Part shown: positions 1 to 9,640 of the stretch, piece by piece | How the letters are laid out: each line of letters begins with the position of its first letter | Numbering within the stretch: the first letter of the stretch is position 1 | Origin: Macrostomum hystrix | Taxonomy: Eukaryota; Animalia; Platyhelminthes | NCBI GenBank assembly: GCA_950097015.1 | Contig: CATNEN010000039.1 | Coordinates: forward strand, 930,001 to 994,000 | Direction of reading: 5' to 3' | Length of the DNA stretch: 64,000 bases | Made by a program: the position numbers and the translations under genes | The notes under the pieces: generated by a model | Told to the model about the DNA's origin: nothing | What the model saw: only the letters and a program-made list of their open reading frames with translations | The model's database searches: none

Positions 1-303
1 AGAGCTCGGCAATCTCTTCTTGTTCGCGATCTCATCTTGCATAGTGGTGGCGGCTCGCTTTTGGGTGTTCACTCTCGGTTGTTGACCGACCATGGATGGC
101 TGCGTTCTTTGCCGTAGTGGCGCCTCGAGTCCTTCTGGTTCGTCAATTATTGCTTGGATGATATCGTCTTCGCCATTTCCGGCTCCGTTCTCTTGCTCTA
201 CTCTGTCTGGCTCAATGTTCTCATTATCCGAGAAATCCACTGTAACTGCTTCTAGCAACTTCTCAAATTCGCTTGCGCTTATGGCTTCTTGATCTTGCTC
301 CAT
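1..303 (-). CDS. Partial ORF (>=101 aa, runs off the window edge) downstream of Gypsy pol; acidic N-terminus MEQDQEAISASEFEKLLEAV..., function unknown
   Basis: Manual translation from ATG at 303 shows no stop to base 1. It is preceded by TATATAAA and CCAAT boxes. It is absent from the ORF track because it has no stop in the window. Confidence 0.6.
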   Translation of the reverse strand, partial: MEQDQEAISASEFEKLLEAVTVDFSDNENIEPDRVEQENGAGNGEDDIIQAIIDEPEGLEAPLRQRTQPSMVGQQPRVNTQKRAATTMQDEIANKKRLPSS

Positions 304-366
304 TCTTCTTTGTCAGTATGACTTCTTCTCTCTGCTTATGTTTGTTTTGTGTTCCCAGGGCTCTGG

Positions 367-450
367 TTTATATAGGCGCGAAACTGACACTCTTCATTGT
401 GTCTCAGATTTCATTGGGCTATACTGGCTTATTTCTAATCCTATTGGTTC
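367..450 (-). promoter_or_regulatory. Putative internal Pol II promoter for the downstream ORF
   Basis: Minus-strand TATATAAA at 374-367 and two CCAAT boxes at ~418-414 and ~448-444, ~65 nt upstream of ATG 303. Confidence 0.5.
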
Positions 451-566
451 CCTACTTGATTTCAATTAACCCCTACCTAATTGACTGGAAGTGGCTAACC
501 CCTGCTCCCTTTCTATCCCTTGCACGTGGTTTCCTTGTGTTACTATTGCGTCACCCCAATCTCTGC

Positions 567-3500
567 CTAGATCTGTATATTCCCAAGTATACTGAACACG
601 GTGGCAAGCCTCTGCAAATAGCCTTCAAACCTCGCGGGGGGTCTGATTTGTCTGCGCGGACGGCTTGTCACTCCTTCCCTTTCTTCATTCTGTGCAATGT
701 ACATGCCTCCTTCTGAGGTGGCTGTTGCCAGACCCTCAGCTGTCCCTTCGCTTTCGCTCTCCTCTTCACTGCTCGTAGCCTCAGGCTCGGTGTGTGATTC
801 ATCCTCCACGTCTATCTCAGCTCCTAACTCCAAATCTTCTCCATTAATTTCACTTGGATTCCTCCTAAAGTGGCATTGCCATTCTAATCTGTCTTCTTCC
901 TCTTCGGATTCAACTTCATCTGTTAGAACAGATCTTCCCTTCTCCTTCGGCTGGCTTCCCCTAACTTTGACCTCTGTCTTCTTAGCTTTCTTCTCTGGTG
1001 CGGCCTGGCTTCCCCTAATTAATTCCTCTTGGGTCGAATTAGGCACAATAGTTATGTTGTCTCTGTGGACAATCATGACATTGCCCACTAGTTGTCCTTG
1101 CTCCTCCTTTTGCACACGAAACACTACATCTGAGATTTGCTCTATTACTCTGAAGGCTGATCTCTTTTTCCTATGAAATTTGTGAGATTCCTCACTGTCC
1201 AACTGTGGATTATTAATCAACACAAGACTTCCAACTGGGACTGTCTTAGGCAATTTGCTGTTTTTCGCAGACTCTTGTCTGTTACTGACAACCTTCTCCA
1301 ATTTTCTTTTGACAATGTCTCTCGCAATCTTCAATCGTTCGGCATGTTCTGTCACATAAGATGGATAACTGGCGAATGACTTTGGTTGGCTGATTTGACT
1401 GTCCATAGGCAATACTGCTTCCCGTCCAAATAACAGGTAGTGGGGAGTAAAGCCTGTGGTTTTGTTTACACTAGTGCGGACAGCAACTAATGCAGCTGGG
1501 ATCATAAGGTCCCAATCACTGTGATCTTTCTCAATGAGACAGGTTACTATTGATTTAATTTGCTTGTTAAATCTCTCCACCAATCCATTGCTTTGGGCAT
1601 GGTAGGGTGTTGTAAACGTATGCTTCACGTTGTACATTTCGCAAAAAGCTTTGAACTGCTTGCTAGCGAATGCCTTGCCATTGTCTGTGTGTAACCACTG
1701 ACATTGCCCATACTCTGCGAAGATTCTTTCCTGTAAGATTTTGATCACAGTATCTGACTTTTGATTTCTAGTTGGGAATGCAAACGGATATCGAGTGGTG
1801 CTATCCACAATAGTTAGGACATACTTGTGCCCTCTTTTGCTCTCTTTGGATAGTGGTCCTATAAAATCGACATGCAGGCGATGGAAAGGTTCACTGATAG
1901 GGAACGATTGCACTGGCGCCTGTATCGGATTTCCTCTTTTGCTTTCCAAGCACGGAATACACTCTGCGATATGGGCTTCGACTGCTTTGACCAATCCTGG
2001 TCTCCAAAATCTCTTTCTGACACGTTGGATTGTTTTATCGCGTCCCAAATGTCCTGCTAGTGGGCTATCATGCAGATCGCTGAGAACTAGCTTATCCAAG
2101 GACTGGGGCAGTACAACTTTCCAACTGTCATCTTCGCTAATGATTAGCATCTCATTCTCTACCTTCATATCCTCAAGGAATTTCCTCATCTTCTTCAATT
2201 CTGGGCTGACAATTTCAGGTAACTGGGGATTGTTCTCTCCTGATTTCTTCCATTCAATTAGCACTTTAATTACTGGGTCATCTCTTTGTGACGCAATAAT
2301 TTGCTCTCGTTTCAATGGGCTGGGTAAGAAATCGGTCAATAACTTCTCGCACTTGCTACTTGTTGCTTGCAGCATATTCTCACTCTCACTAGGATTAAAT
2401 TCTTCAGGAACTGGACTCGGAAGCGGAATGCTGGAGTCATGTTCAAGTTCACTGGGAATTCTCACCTCTCCTTGTCCTGAGATAGTAGACTGGATCCTGC
2501 TATTGGGATCTAACGTCCTTTTCTCTCCTTCACTTAGGGCAGTCTGGGGCTGTGTCAAGCTACATGAGCTATCATTAGCCTTAACTTCCTGTCCTGACTC
2601 TTCCATTACACTGCAGCTTTGCACTATCGGCTCAACAACTTGCTCTGCTTCAGGGACATCAGCTGGTCTTCTTGACAGACTGTCAGCGTTCTGGTTCTTT
2701 GCACCGCTTCTGTGTTCTATATCGAACAAGAATTCGTTTAGGCGCTCAACCCACCGACCAAGAATTCCTTGAGCTTCTGTTTGCCTTAACAGCCAAATTA
2801 TCGCCTTATGATCCGTTCTTGCCAAAAACTTCTTACCTAACAGGTAGAAACGGAAATGCCTCATGGCATCCACTAGGGCTAAGAGTTCTTTTCTAGTGAT
2901 AGGGTAGCGTTTTTCCGACTCTTTCATAGCTCGGCTGAAATAAGCTATGGGTCTCTCTATGCCATCTGATTGGATCTGGCTAAGTACAGCGCCAATACGG
3001 CTATCACTTGCATCGGTATCCAATACCATCTTCACCTTCTCGTCATCCACAAATTCGGGATACGCTAAGACTTCAGTGGACATCATCCGGTTCTTTAGCG
3101 ACTCAAACGCTTCGTCATGCTCTTTGCTCCATCTCTCTTGAAAGTTCTTAATTCCTTTCCTTGTTAGCTGGAAAAGGGGATGGGCAGCTTCTGCATAATT
3201 TTTAATGAAGCGGCTATAGTAATTACATAGGCCAAGGAAACTGCGCAACTCTTTTACATCTTTTGGCTTCGGCCAGGTCTTAATAGCTTCAATCTTCGTC
3301 TCATCCGTACGGATACCTTCTGTACTGATCACATGTCCTAAGTACTTTAACTCTCTATGAAAAAGGTTACATTTCTTTGGCCTTAGCTTCAATCCTGCGA
3401 TTATTAATCTCTTGAACACTTCCTTTAGATGGGAAAGGTGGTCATTAAAGTTCTTCGAATAGGTAACTATATCGTCTATATACGACATAGCAAATTGATG

Positions 3501-5315
3501 TTGAATCCCTAAAAGTACAAGATTCATGAGCCTCTGGAAGGTTCCTGGGGCATTGGACAAACCTTGCGCCATAACCTCATACTCAAACTGGCCTCGGGTT
3601 AAAGTAGAGAAGGCGGTCATGAACTTGTGTTCTTCCTTTATCGGCACCTGCCAATAACCAGAATTCAAATCGAGACTACTAAAGTACTGACTACCAGATA
3701 AATAGGTGAAAGTCTGATGAATGTTAGGAAGCGGATACGGAACATAGTTCACCTTCGAGTTTAACACTCTAAAATCGCTCACAATCCGTATGGATCCGTC
3801 CTTTTTCGGCACAATGACTAATGGAGTAGAATAAGTTGAATAACTGGGCCTGATTAAATTTTTAGCCAACATGTCATCCAGCTGTGTGTCGACTTGCTTT
3901 TGGAGATGGGGTGGTATTCTCCTAGTTGGGATCCTCACGGGAGTCTCATCCTTCAGTGAGATCTCATGTGTGATCAGATGGGTTAAACCCATATCCAACT
4001 CATTCTGTGAAAAAGCTTCACGATGCTCTTTCATCAATTCAATCACTGACTTCCTTTGATCATCGGTAAGATCTTGACCAATCTTGACCTCATGGATCCA
4101 CGCATCTTCCACAGTCTGTGTCTGATTGACTCGTCCGGTAGGTTGACTGACTACTTCTTTTTCGGCTTCGAAATATTTCAACTCACTTGCCTTCACTGGT
4201 TTGGCTAGGCCTACCAATGTTGACTTCGACAGCTTCACCTCAACTGAATTGTTATTCACAATCTCCACAATGGCGGAACCTTCTCGCATTGTGACTAGAG
4301 TGGGAGCCATCTCGACTGTCAATTCTTTGGCTTTTACGCCTTCGCCAATCATACTCACTGTCATAGGTGTTCCAAAATTGCACTCGGCATCTCTCGCCAT
4401 TCTCACTGAGATTCTCAATGCACTATTTGCAGGAATCACTACTTTCTCCTGAGTATACACTCTGCATACTTTTACAGGTAGATGAGTGAACTGCATAGGA
4501 ATGCTTGCTCCTTCATTTAGAATCAACATGCCTTTAGCAAGATGAATGCTATCACAATGTCCTAGGAAAAATTCCATCCCTAAGATATTGTCGCTTTCAT
4601 GTCCACACAAAAGGAATTCTATTTCTATCTGGATGTCTCCGAATCTAACTGGAATACAACTCTCGCCTTCCAATTGTACTCTGGTTCCGTCGAAAGTAGA
4701 GACTCGCTTGTCTGTACTTCTTATCTGTTCTGGCTTAAGTAATTTTGACCAAATAGATTTGCTCAAAAAGCTGTTCCTAGCCCCTGTGTCTAGGATAAAA
4801 TTAATTTCCTGATTCTTAAATTTTCCTACAATTACTGCTTCAAATCCTTCAGGTTTAATAAGTTCTAGTTTAGAATTAGAAACAAATACTTTGCGTTTGT
4901 TCTCACGTGTCCTTGAGTACTTTCCAGATGTTGCGGCGGCTGATCTCGGTGCTGATACTTCGGAAGCTGGTTCCTCCAGGATTGACATGCAGGGGGCTGA
5001 CGCAATGGTTGCTGATACAGATGCCGCTGGGGCTAACGCAATGGGTGCTGACGCAGATGGTGCTGACGCAATGGGTGCTGACGCAGATGGTGCTAACGCA
5101 GATGGTGCTAACGCAAATGGTGCTGACGCAGATGGTGCTGACGCAATAGGTGCTGACGCAGATGGTGCTGACGCAGGGTAACTCGATTGCTTTTGTGCAT
5201 TACGCAAATTCGACGACTGGGCTTGGTATCGCCGATTCTTAGAGGCCTGAGGTTCGAATCGGGGTTTACTAGAGGGGCGCGGCCTCGACTCTCGTCCCTC
5301 GATATTCAGTTTCCC
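567..5315 (-). CDS. pol: Ty3/Gypsy Pol polyprotein (aspartic protease, RT, RNase H, integrase), probably expressed as Gag-Pol by -1 frameshift
   Basis: LDTGA protease; LDLNSGYWQ and YIDD RT; LDTDASD RNase H; H-H-C-C zinc finger; HVDFIGP, TDNG and SNGLVER integrase DDE. Domain order PR-RT-RH-IN. The frame is open from the GGGAAAC heptamer at 5315 to the stop at 567. Confidence 0.97.
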   Translation of the reverse strand, partial: GKLNIEGRESRPRPSSKPRFEPQASKNRRYQAQSSNLRNAQKQSSYPASAPSASAPIASAPSASAPFALAPSALAPSASAPIASAPSASAPIALAPAASVSATIASAPCMSILEEPASEVSAPRSAAATSGKYSRTRENKRKVFVSNSKLELIKPEGFEAVIVGKFKNQEINFILDTGARNSFLSKSIWSKLLKPEQIRSTDKRVSTFDGTRVQLEGESCIPVRFGDIQIEIEFLLCGHESDNILGMEFFLGHCDSIHLAKGMLILNEGASIPMQFTHLPVKVCRVYTQEKVVIPANSALRISVRMARDAECNFGTPMTVSMIGEGVKAKELTVEMAPTLVTMREGSAIVEIVNNNSVEVKLSKSTLVGLAKPVKASELKYFEAEKEVVSQPTGRVNQTQTVEDAWIHEVKIGQDLTDDQRKSVIELMKEHREAFSQNELDMGLTHLITHEISLKDETPVRIPTRRIPPHLQKQVDTQLDDMLAKNLIRPSYSTYSTPLVIVPKKDGSIRIVSDFRVLNSKVNYVPYPLPNIHQTFTYLSGSQYFSSLDLNSGYWQVPIKEEHKFMTAFSTLTRGQFEYEVMAQGLSNAPGTFQRLMNLVLLGIQHQFAMSYIDDIVTYSKNFNDHLSHLKEVFKRLIIAGLKLRPKKCNLFHRELKYLGHVISTEGIRTDETKIEAIKTWPKPKDVKELRSFLGLCNYYSRFIKNYAEAAHPLFQLTRKGIKNFQERWSKEHDEAFESLKNRMMSTEVLAYPEFVDDEKVKMVLDTDASDSRIGAVLSQIQSDGIERPIAYFSRAMKESEKRYPITRKELLALVDAMRHFRFYLLGKKFLARTDHKAIIWLLRQTEAQGILGRWVERLNEFLFDIEHRSGAKNQNADSLSRRPADVPEAEQVVEPIVQSCSVMEESGQEVKANDSSCSLTQPQTALSEGEKRTLDPNSRIQSTISGQGEVRIPSELEHDSSIPLPSPVPEEFNPSESENMLQATSSKCEKLLTDFLPSPLKREQIIASQRDDPVIKVLIEWKKSGENNPQLPEIVSPELKKMRKFLEDMKVENEMLIISEDDSWKVVLPQSLDKLVLSDLHDSPLAGHLGRDKTIQRVRKRFWRPGLVKAVEAHIAECIPCLESKRGNPIQAPVQSFPISEPFHRLHVDFIGPLSKESKRGHKYVLTIVDSTTRYPFAFPTRNQKSDTVIKILQERIFAEYGQCQWLHTDNGKAFASKQFKAFCEMYNVKHTFTTPYHAQSNGLVERFNKQIKSIVTCLIEKDHSDWDLMIPAALVAVRTSVNKTTGFTPHYLLFGREAVLPMDSQISQPKSFASYPSYVTEHAERLKIARDIVKRKLEKVVSNRQESAKNSKLPKTVPVGSLVLINNPQLDSEESHKFHRKKRSAFRVIEQISDVVFRVQKEEQGQLVGNVMIVHRDNITIVPNSTQEELIRGSQAAPEKKAKKTEVKVRGSQPKEKGRSVLTDEVESEEEEDRLEWQCHFRRNPSEINGEDLELGAEIDVEDESHTEPEATSSEEESESEGTAEGLATATSEGGMYIAQNEEREGVTSRPRRQIRPPARFEGYLQRLATVFSILGNIQI
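4996..5176 (-). repeat. 15-bp coding minisatellite (ASAPS/ASAPI pentapeptides) in the Gag-Pol linker
   Basis: About 11-12 units of (gg)tgctgacgcagat / tgctaacgcaatg on the plus strand, in frame with pol. Confidence 0.9.
5268..5315 (-). promoter_or_regulatory. -1 programmed ribosomal frameshift signal
   Basis: Slippery heptamer G GGA AAC (5315-5309) directly before the gag TGA. The -1 frame is open into pol. A potential stem GAGGGACG...CGCCCCTC starts ~8 nt downstream. Confidence 0.8.
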
Positions 5316-6205
5316 TGATATCGGTACTGCTGCTGCTGCTGTGAGCTCTTGCAGTACTTGGCAATATGCCCAACTTTGTTACAGTTAAAACATGTCGGCG
5401 GAGGCCTCGACTGTTGCTGCGGCTTCAGATACGTCTTCGGCTGCATGAGCGGCTGAGGTGTTACCCTCTGGCATTCAGCCTTCCTCCTTTCCTGAATCAG
5501 GTCTTCAATCAGCTTCTTCTGCTTATTGATTTCATACTTCTGCCTCTCGATGGTCTCCTCCATCTTCTTATTCCGATCCTCGTCGAATTGCTCGTCTTTA
5601 ACAACTCGAACTCCACTCTTGTGTGACATATGCCACGCTGCTTCGATGCGTCTCAACATCCTTCTAGCCTCTTGCAGGCTGGCTGGCTGTGCAAATATTA
5701 ACTTTTCCCTAGTGTCGGAAGGGATTCTCGCTCCTTTAATGAACTGCTCTACTACTTCCTCCTCCCTTTGTTCTCCATTCATATTGGGGAATGCTTGCGC
5801 GGACAACTCAATCAAGGCATCTGCGAATGAGTCAACGGGCTCATTCCTCCCTTGCATTCTACCTCTAAATTCCTCCCTAAACTCGGCTGAGCTTCCTAGT
5901 CTTCCAAACCTTTCTACAAGTCTTTCCTTCAGCTCTTCGTAGGTTAGTTCTTCTGGCAAATTCAAACGTTGAACGGCTGCAAATGCAGTCGCAAGATCTA
6001 AGTTAGCTAATAGCTCATTCTTCCTATGCTCGTCCTGTTCTAATCCTTCATTGTCGCATCTCTGATCGAATGCTGTAAGCCAAATTCTAATGTCCTGGCT
6101 AGGTGTGTACTTTTGGATCTTTACATGTCTCATAGGTCCTAACTCTAGTCTGTTTCTTAGCTCTTCGGCTAACAAGCCAATAGCATCATTAATTCCTGCG
6201 GCCAT
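5306..6205 (-). CDS. gag: Ty3/Gypsy Gag (capsid plus CCHC nucleocapsid)
   Basis: 299-aa ORF with retrotransposon capsid-like WLTAFD...QGRNEPVDSFADAL and zinc knuckle CFNCNKVGHIAKYC; immediately upstream of pol. Confidence 0.95.
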   Translation of the reverse strand: MAAGINDAIGLLAEELRNRLELGPMRHVKIQKYTPSQDIRIWLTAFDQRCDNEGLEQDEHRKNELLANLDLATAFAAVQRLNLPEELTYEELKERLVERFGRLGSSAEFREEFRGRMQGRNEPVDSFADALIELSAQAFPNMNGEQREEEVVEQFIKGARIPSDTREKLIFAQPASLQEARRMLRRIEAAWHMSHKSGVRVVKDEQFDEDRNKKMEETIERQKYEINKQKKLIEDLIQERRKAECQRVTPQPLMQPKTYLKPQQQSRPPPTCFNCNKVGHIAKYCKSSQQQQQYRYQGN

Positions 6206-6254
6206 ACCGTTATCTTACTTTTAACTGACTGTGTGCTTTTAGCTGGATTTCAAT

Positions 6255-6410
6255 CCTTTACCGCTGACACCAAGTTGTCGTAGGCCTACTTCTTAACTCC
6301 CACTGCTTTCACCAATTTGTTGTAGGGCTCCCTACTTATCTTACAGCTGCCACTAAGTTGTCGTAGGCCTACCTTCTTAACTCCCACAGCTTTCACCAAT
6401 TTGTCGTAGG
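6255..6410 (-). promoter_or_regulatory. Tandem array of four [LTR 3' terminus CCTAC(G/A)ACA + 3 nt + tRNA-Leu-type PBS] units
   Basis: The terminus motif ends at 6402, 6359, 6318 and 6276 (41-43 bp period). The following 18-mers are TGGTGAAAGCTGTGGGAG, TAGTGGCAGCTGTAAGAT, TGGTGAAAGCAGTGGGAG and TGGTGTCAGCGGTAAAGG. Confidence 0.75.
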
Positions 6411-7990
6411 CTCTCTCCTCTTTGGGTTAAATATCACCGATACTCTTTTATTAAATATTAAAAATAGCTTATTTCACACCTTGGATTACCCTTTGAAATA
6501 ACTCTTAATTTCCCTTGTCTATGACTTAGTTATTCTTCATAGGCTAGCTATGTATCCTCTTATTGCATATGCATATATTGTTTAACTTGGCCAGATAGGC
6601 TGCTTTCCTTCCAAAATTGGTAGCGTTCTCACGAGTGTCCGAGCGGCAAGACACTTCTTCCTCTCCTTACTAACTCACAACTGTCTGGCTCTCTGGTTTG
6701 TTCCCAGTCTTTCAAGGCTTCCAATGGACTGAAGTTGCCCAACTTTGCACACAGTGCTGTTCCACCAATCAGGATTTTACCCTCAGCTCTTTAGTTTTAC
6801 ACTCTACTACGGCTTTTTTATAACTATCTCCTTCTTTATTCTTTCGAATGTTCACCAACTTGTGTATTATCACAGACCTGCTTTTCTCCCTCTCTCTAAA
6901 ATAATTGAATTCAAACACTGAGATTTATTCTCCTTTGTTTTCTCAGAACTGGGCACGGGGCACCGGTTAAGGTTTCGAGGGCTAAAATGCGCTTGTATTT
7001 ATACTAAGAATTGAGGTGGGTGACAAAGCATAATAAAACAAAGACAAAAAGATCGCGGAAAACATTTGGCGGTAATTCAAGTTAGAAATATACGATAAAT
7101 TTGGGCCTGCCTCAGTTTATTAACTATTACAAATTTGTGTGTTAGAACTTTCATGTCAAAAATAAGCAAGCCCCCTTTAAAATACAAAAATATTAATATT
7201 AATATATATATTATATGTTTGTCCTTTTCAATTAACTTATCAAGGGGCCTAGCTGCAATGAAATACTTGTTAAAGAATTCAAAGGGGTAAAGTCAAATGA
7301 CTTAAATGTTTCCCGCTCAGATAGAATGAGAATGATGCTCCAGTGAAAGCCCTTAAATTTTTTATTAAATAAATTGGGGGATGACTTGGTGCAGAGAGGT
7401 AAAAGAGCACAAAATGGGGTGGGCTGCCATTTATGGTATAGGGCCAATGGAAAGGGGGGTAGAATAGCAATAAGCAAGCTGGAAAGGAAAAGAATGTCAC
7501 AAAATATCAATTAATTGATAAAGGTGAATAGGAATAGTGGGGCAAAACAATTATAGGGAGGGGAAGAATCTTTTATTAAATCAATATGCTCACTTGCTCA
7601 GTTGCTCTATGTACATGCCACACTGTACATTGCCTAAGTGTACATTTCAAATCGCATCGCGTGACAATATATAATTCTCACTTTGGCCAACTTGGGCCTT
7701 AAGAGCTTTGTCGTGCCTAATTGTCTCGCTTGTTCCAACCTAACAATATTCATATAGATTTCACATACATACATACAGATAAATATGCATAAGGCTTTGC
7801 TAAGAAGGCTTTGCTATTGCTTAGTTAAGGATAAGTCCTAGCTAAACCAGATAAGCTTTTAGTAATACTTATTGCAAATAATAATAATAATATGTTCATT
7901 TCATTTTTTAGCTAGCTAAATTTGACATTTTATAAACTCATACAAATGTTCTTGAAATAATGGGGACTATAGGCCAATTACTACGATACA
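6402..7990 (-). mobile_element. Probable 5' LTR of the Gypsy element (5' boundary uncertain)
   Basis: Ends ...CCTACGACA at 6402 next to the PBS. Minus-strand TATAAAT at ~7003-6997 and AATAAA at ~6929-6924. An imperfect inverted terminus TGTATCGTAG lies at 7990-7981. The 3' LTR is outside the window, so the boundary is not confirmed. Confidence 0.5.
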
Positions 7991-8123
7991 CAGCTTGTTT
8001 AAGTCATAGGCCTGACTTTAAACATTGAACTTTGCCTTTTTAGTATGAATTATGTAGTATGTGCTAGGTAATTTGGACATGCATTATTGTTGCTACAAAA
8101 GTTTGTTGTGCATGGTTGGTATG

Positions 8124-9020
8124 TGTAGTAGGGAATCGGGATGCTACTTATTTTATAATTATATAACTTAGCTTAGGGAGAAAGGCCTACAAGAAATAGC
8201 TAACAATAACATCAAAATTTGAATAGGCCAATAGGGCATGTTTAATAAGGCATTGTTTTTTATTAAGTTGTTGTTTAAATAAATGAAGTTTTCATTCTGA
8301 AAAAAACGATTAATTTTTTAAAATAAAAACATATATGTAACATAAATTTTGTAATTCTTGTATAATAAAAGTTGAATTCGCGCTGACGTTAAAACTCGTT
8401 AGTTTAAATTACAGTATTTAAGCAGACTAATTGCAAAGCACATTTGTTAAAATTTAAAACTATGCTTTTTAAGGGGTATAAATAGGTACGACGAGTTTTG
8501 AGGAGAAAAAAACGTTTTGATTTCGCACGTTCAATACTAGGAAAGAAGCTCAAAGTAAGAATTAGAACTATTTTCAAATTCGAGAGAGACTCGTGTGAAG
8601 TGTTGCATTTATTTTCTAAATAAAAGAGAGGTTGAATAATTTACCGTATATAATTACCGAATAATTACCGAATAACCGTAATAATTTACGGTGATATTAG
8701 GAATAAGCAGAACTAAAGTGAAATACATGATATACTAAAAAAATTGTATATCGAATAATACTGCTAGTTTCTACGTTGACCAATATGCTAAAGAGACTCG
8801 TAAACCCTCTGAATCACTGGGAAGCCTAATCTGACTGGGAGATCACACAGTGGCCTAAAACCCATGAAGAAATTTTATTGTATTACGATACAATAGCCTT
8901 GAATGTCTGCAGGCTTGTGTTAATCACTAGGCCGATGCTCGTAAAGCGTAATAATTATTAAGACTTCGTTAATAATTAATACCAGAATAATTAAAGTTTC
9001 TTCGGTAAAGACTAGCTACA
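8124..9020 (+). mobile_element. Putative second LTR in the opposite orientation, followed by PBS-like motifs
   Basis: Starts TGTAG (8124) and ends CTACA (9020). TATAAATA at 8477 and AATAAA at ~8619. Directly followed by att-TGGTGAATGCAGCG. Confidence 0.4.
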
Positions 9021-9640
9021 ATTTGGTGAATGCAGCGCAGTGTGATAGATAAAGAAAGGAGACCCTAGCTACAACAACCTGCACGTGACATAATTGGAGA
9101 AAGAAAGCACAGTATAAGTACGACGCCTGGAACAAACTTTGGTGGCATTAGCGGAATAAATATCTCACGATAAGTGGGCCCCAAGATTCTTATGAACCAA
9201 AGAAGAATGCACCAAAATTAAATAATGGAGCTCCTTATGCAATAAGTACTGAGTTTACTGAGTATCTGAAGTAAGTAAATAGGCCTATCAAAATATCTGA
9301 TTATCTTTCATTGGTATGTGTAGCTATAGGTTCCCCGACAGACATTTTTTCACCTTTTACGAAAATTAAAACAGCCATCGATCGAGCCAAGAGATGTCTG
9401 ACTTTGACGCTAAACTCAGCTTAAAATAAACTGCATGCGGATCGAATTGTTTAGCTTGTGATTTGCTACTCCAGAAAAGCTGTGAAGAACATCACTGCAT
9501 CTACATTCTAATTAAATAGCACGTGTCCCGGATCTGTTCTATGCGATCTAACAATCGACATCGTGATGGTACATGTTGCAACAGAGAAAATAGTTGAGTT
9601 TGTTGCAAAGGACTGGAAAGTGTCTACTTTAAGTGTTCTT

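Larger units (their letters stand above)
1..7990 (-). mobile_element. Ty3/Gypsy LTR retrotransposon, coding-intact, 3' end beyond window
   Basis: LTR-PBS-gag-pol arrangement with uninterrupted ORFs. Confidence 0.9.

Noticed and set aside
697-5942. Multiple plus-strand ORFs over gag/pol
   Set aside because: Antisense shadows of the retrotransposon coding sequence.
6255-6410. CRISPR array interpretation of the repeat-spacer pattern
   Set aside because: Eukaryotic context, no cas genes, only a 9-bp conserved part, and spacers related to each other and to tRNA 3' ends. Better explained as LTR-end/PBS units.
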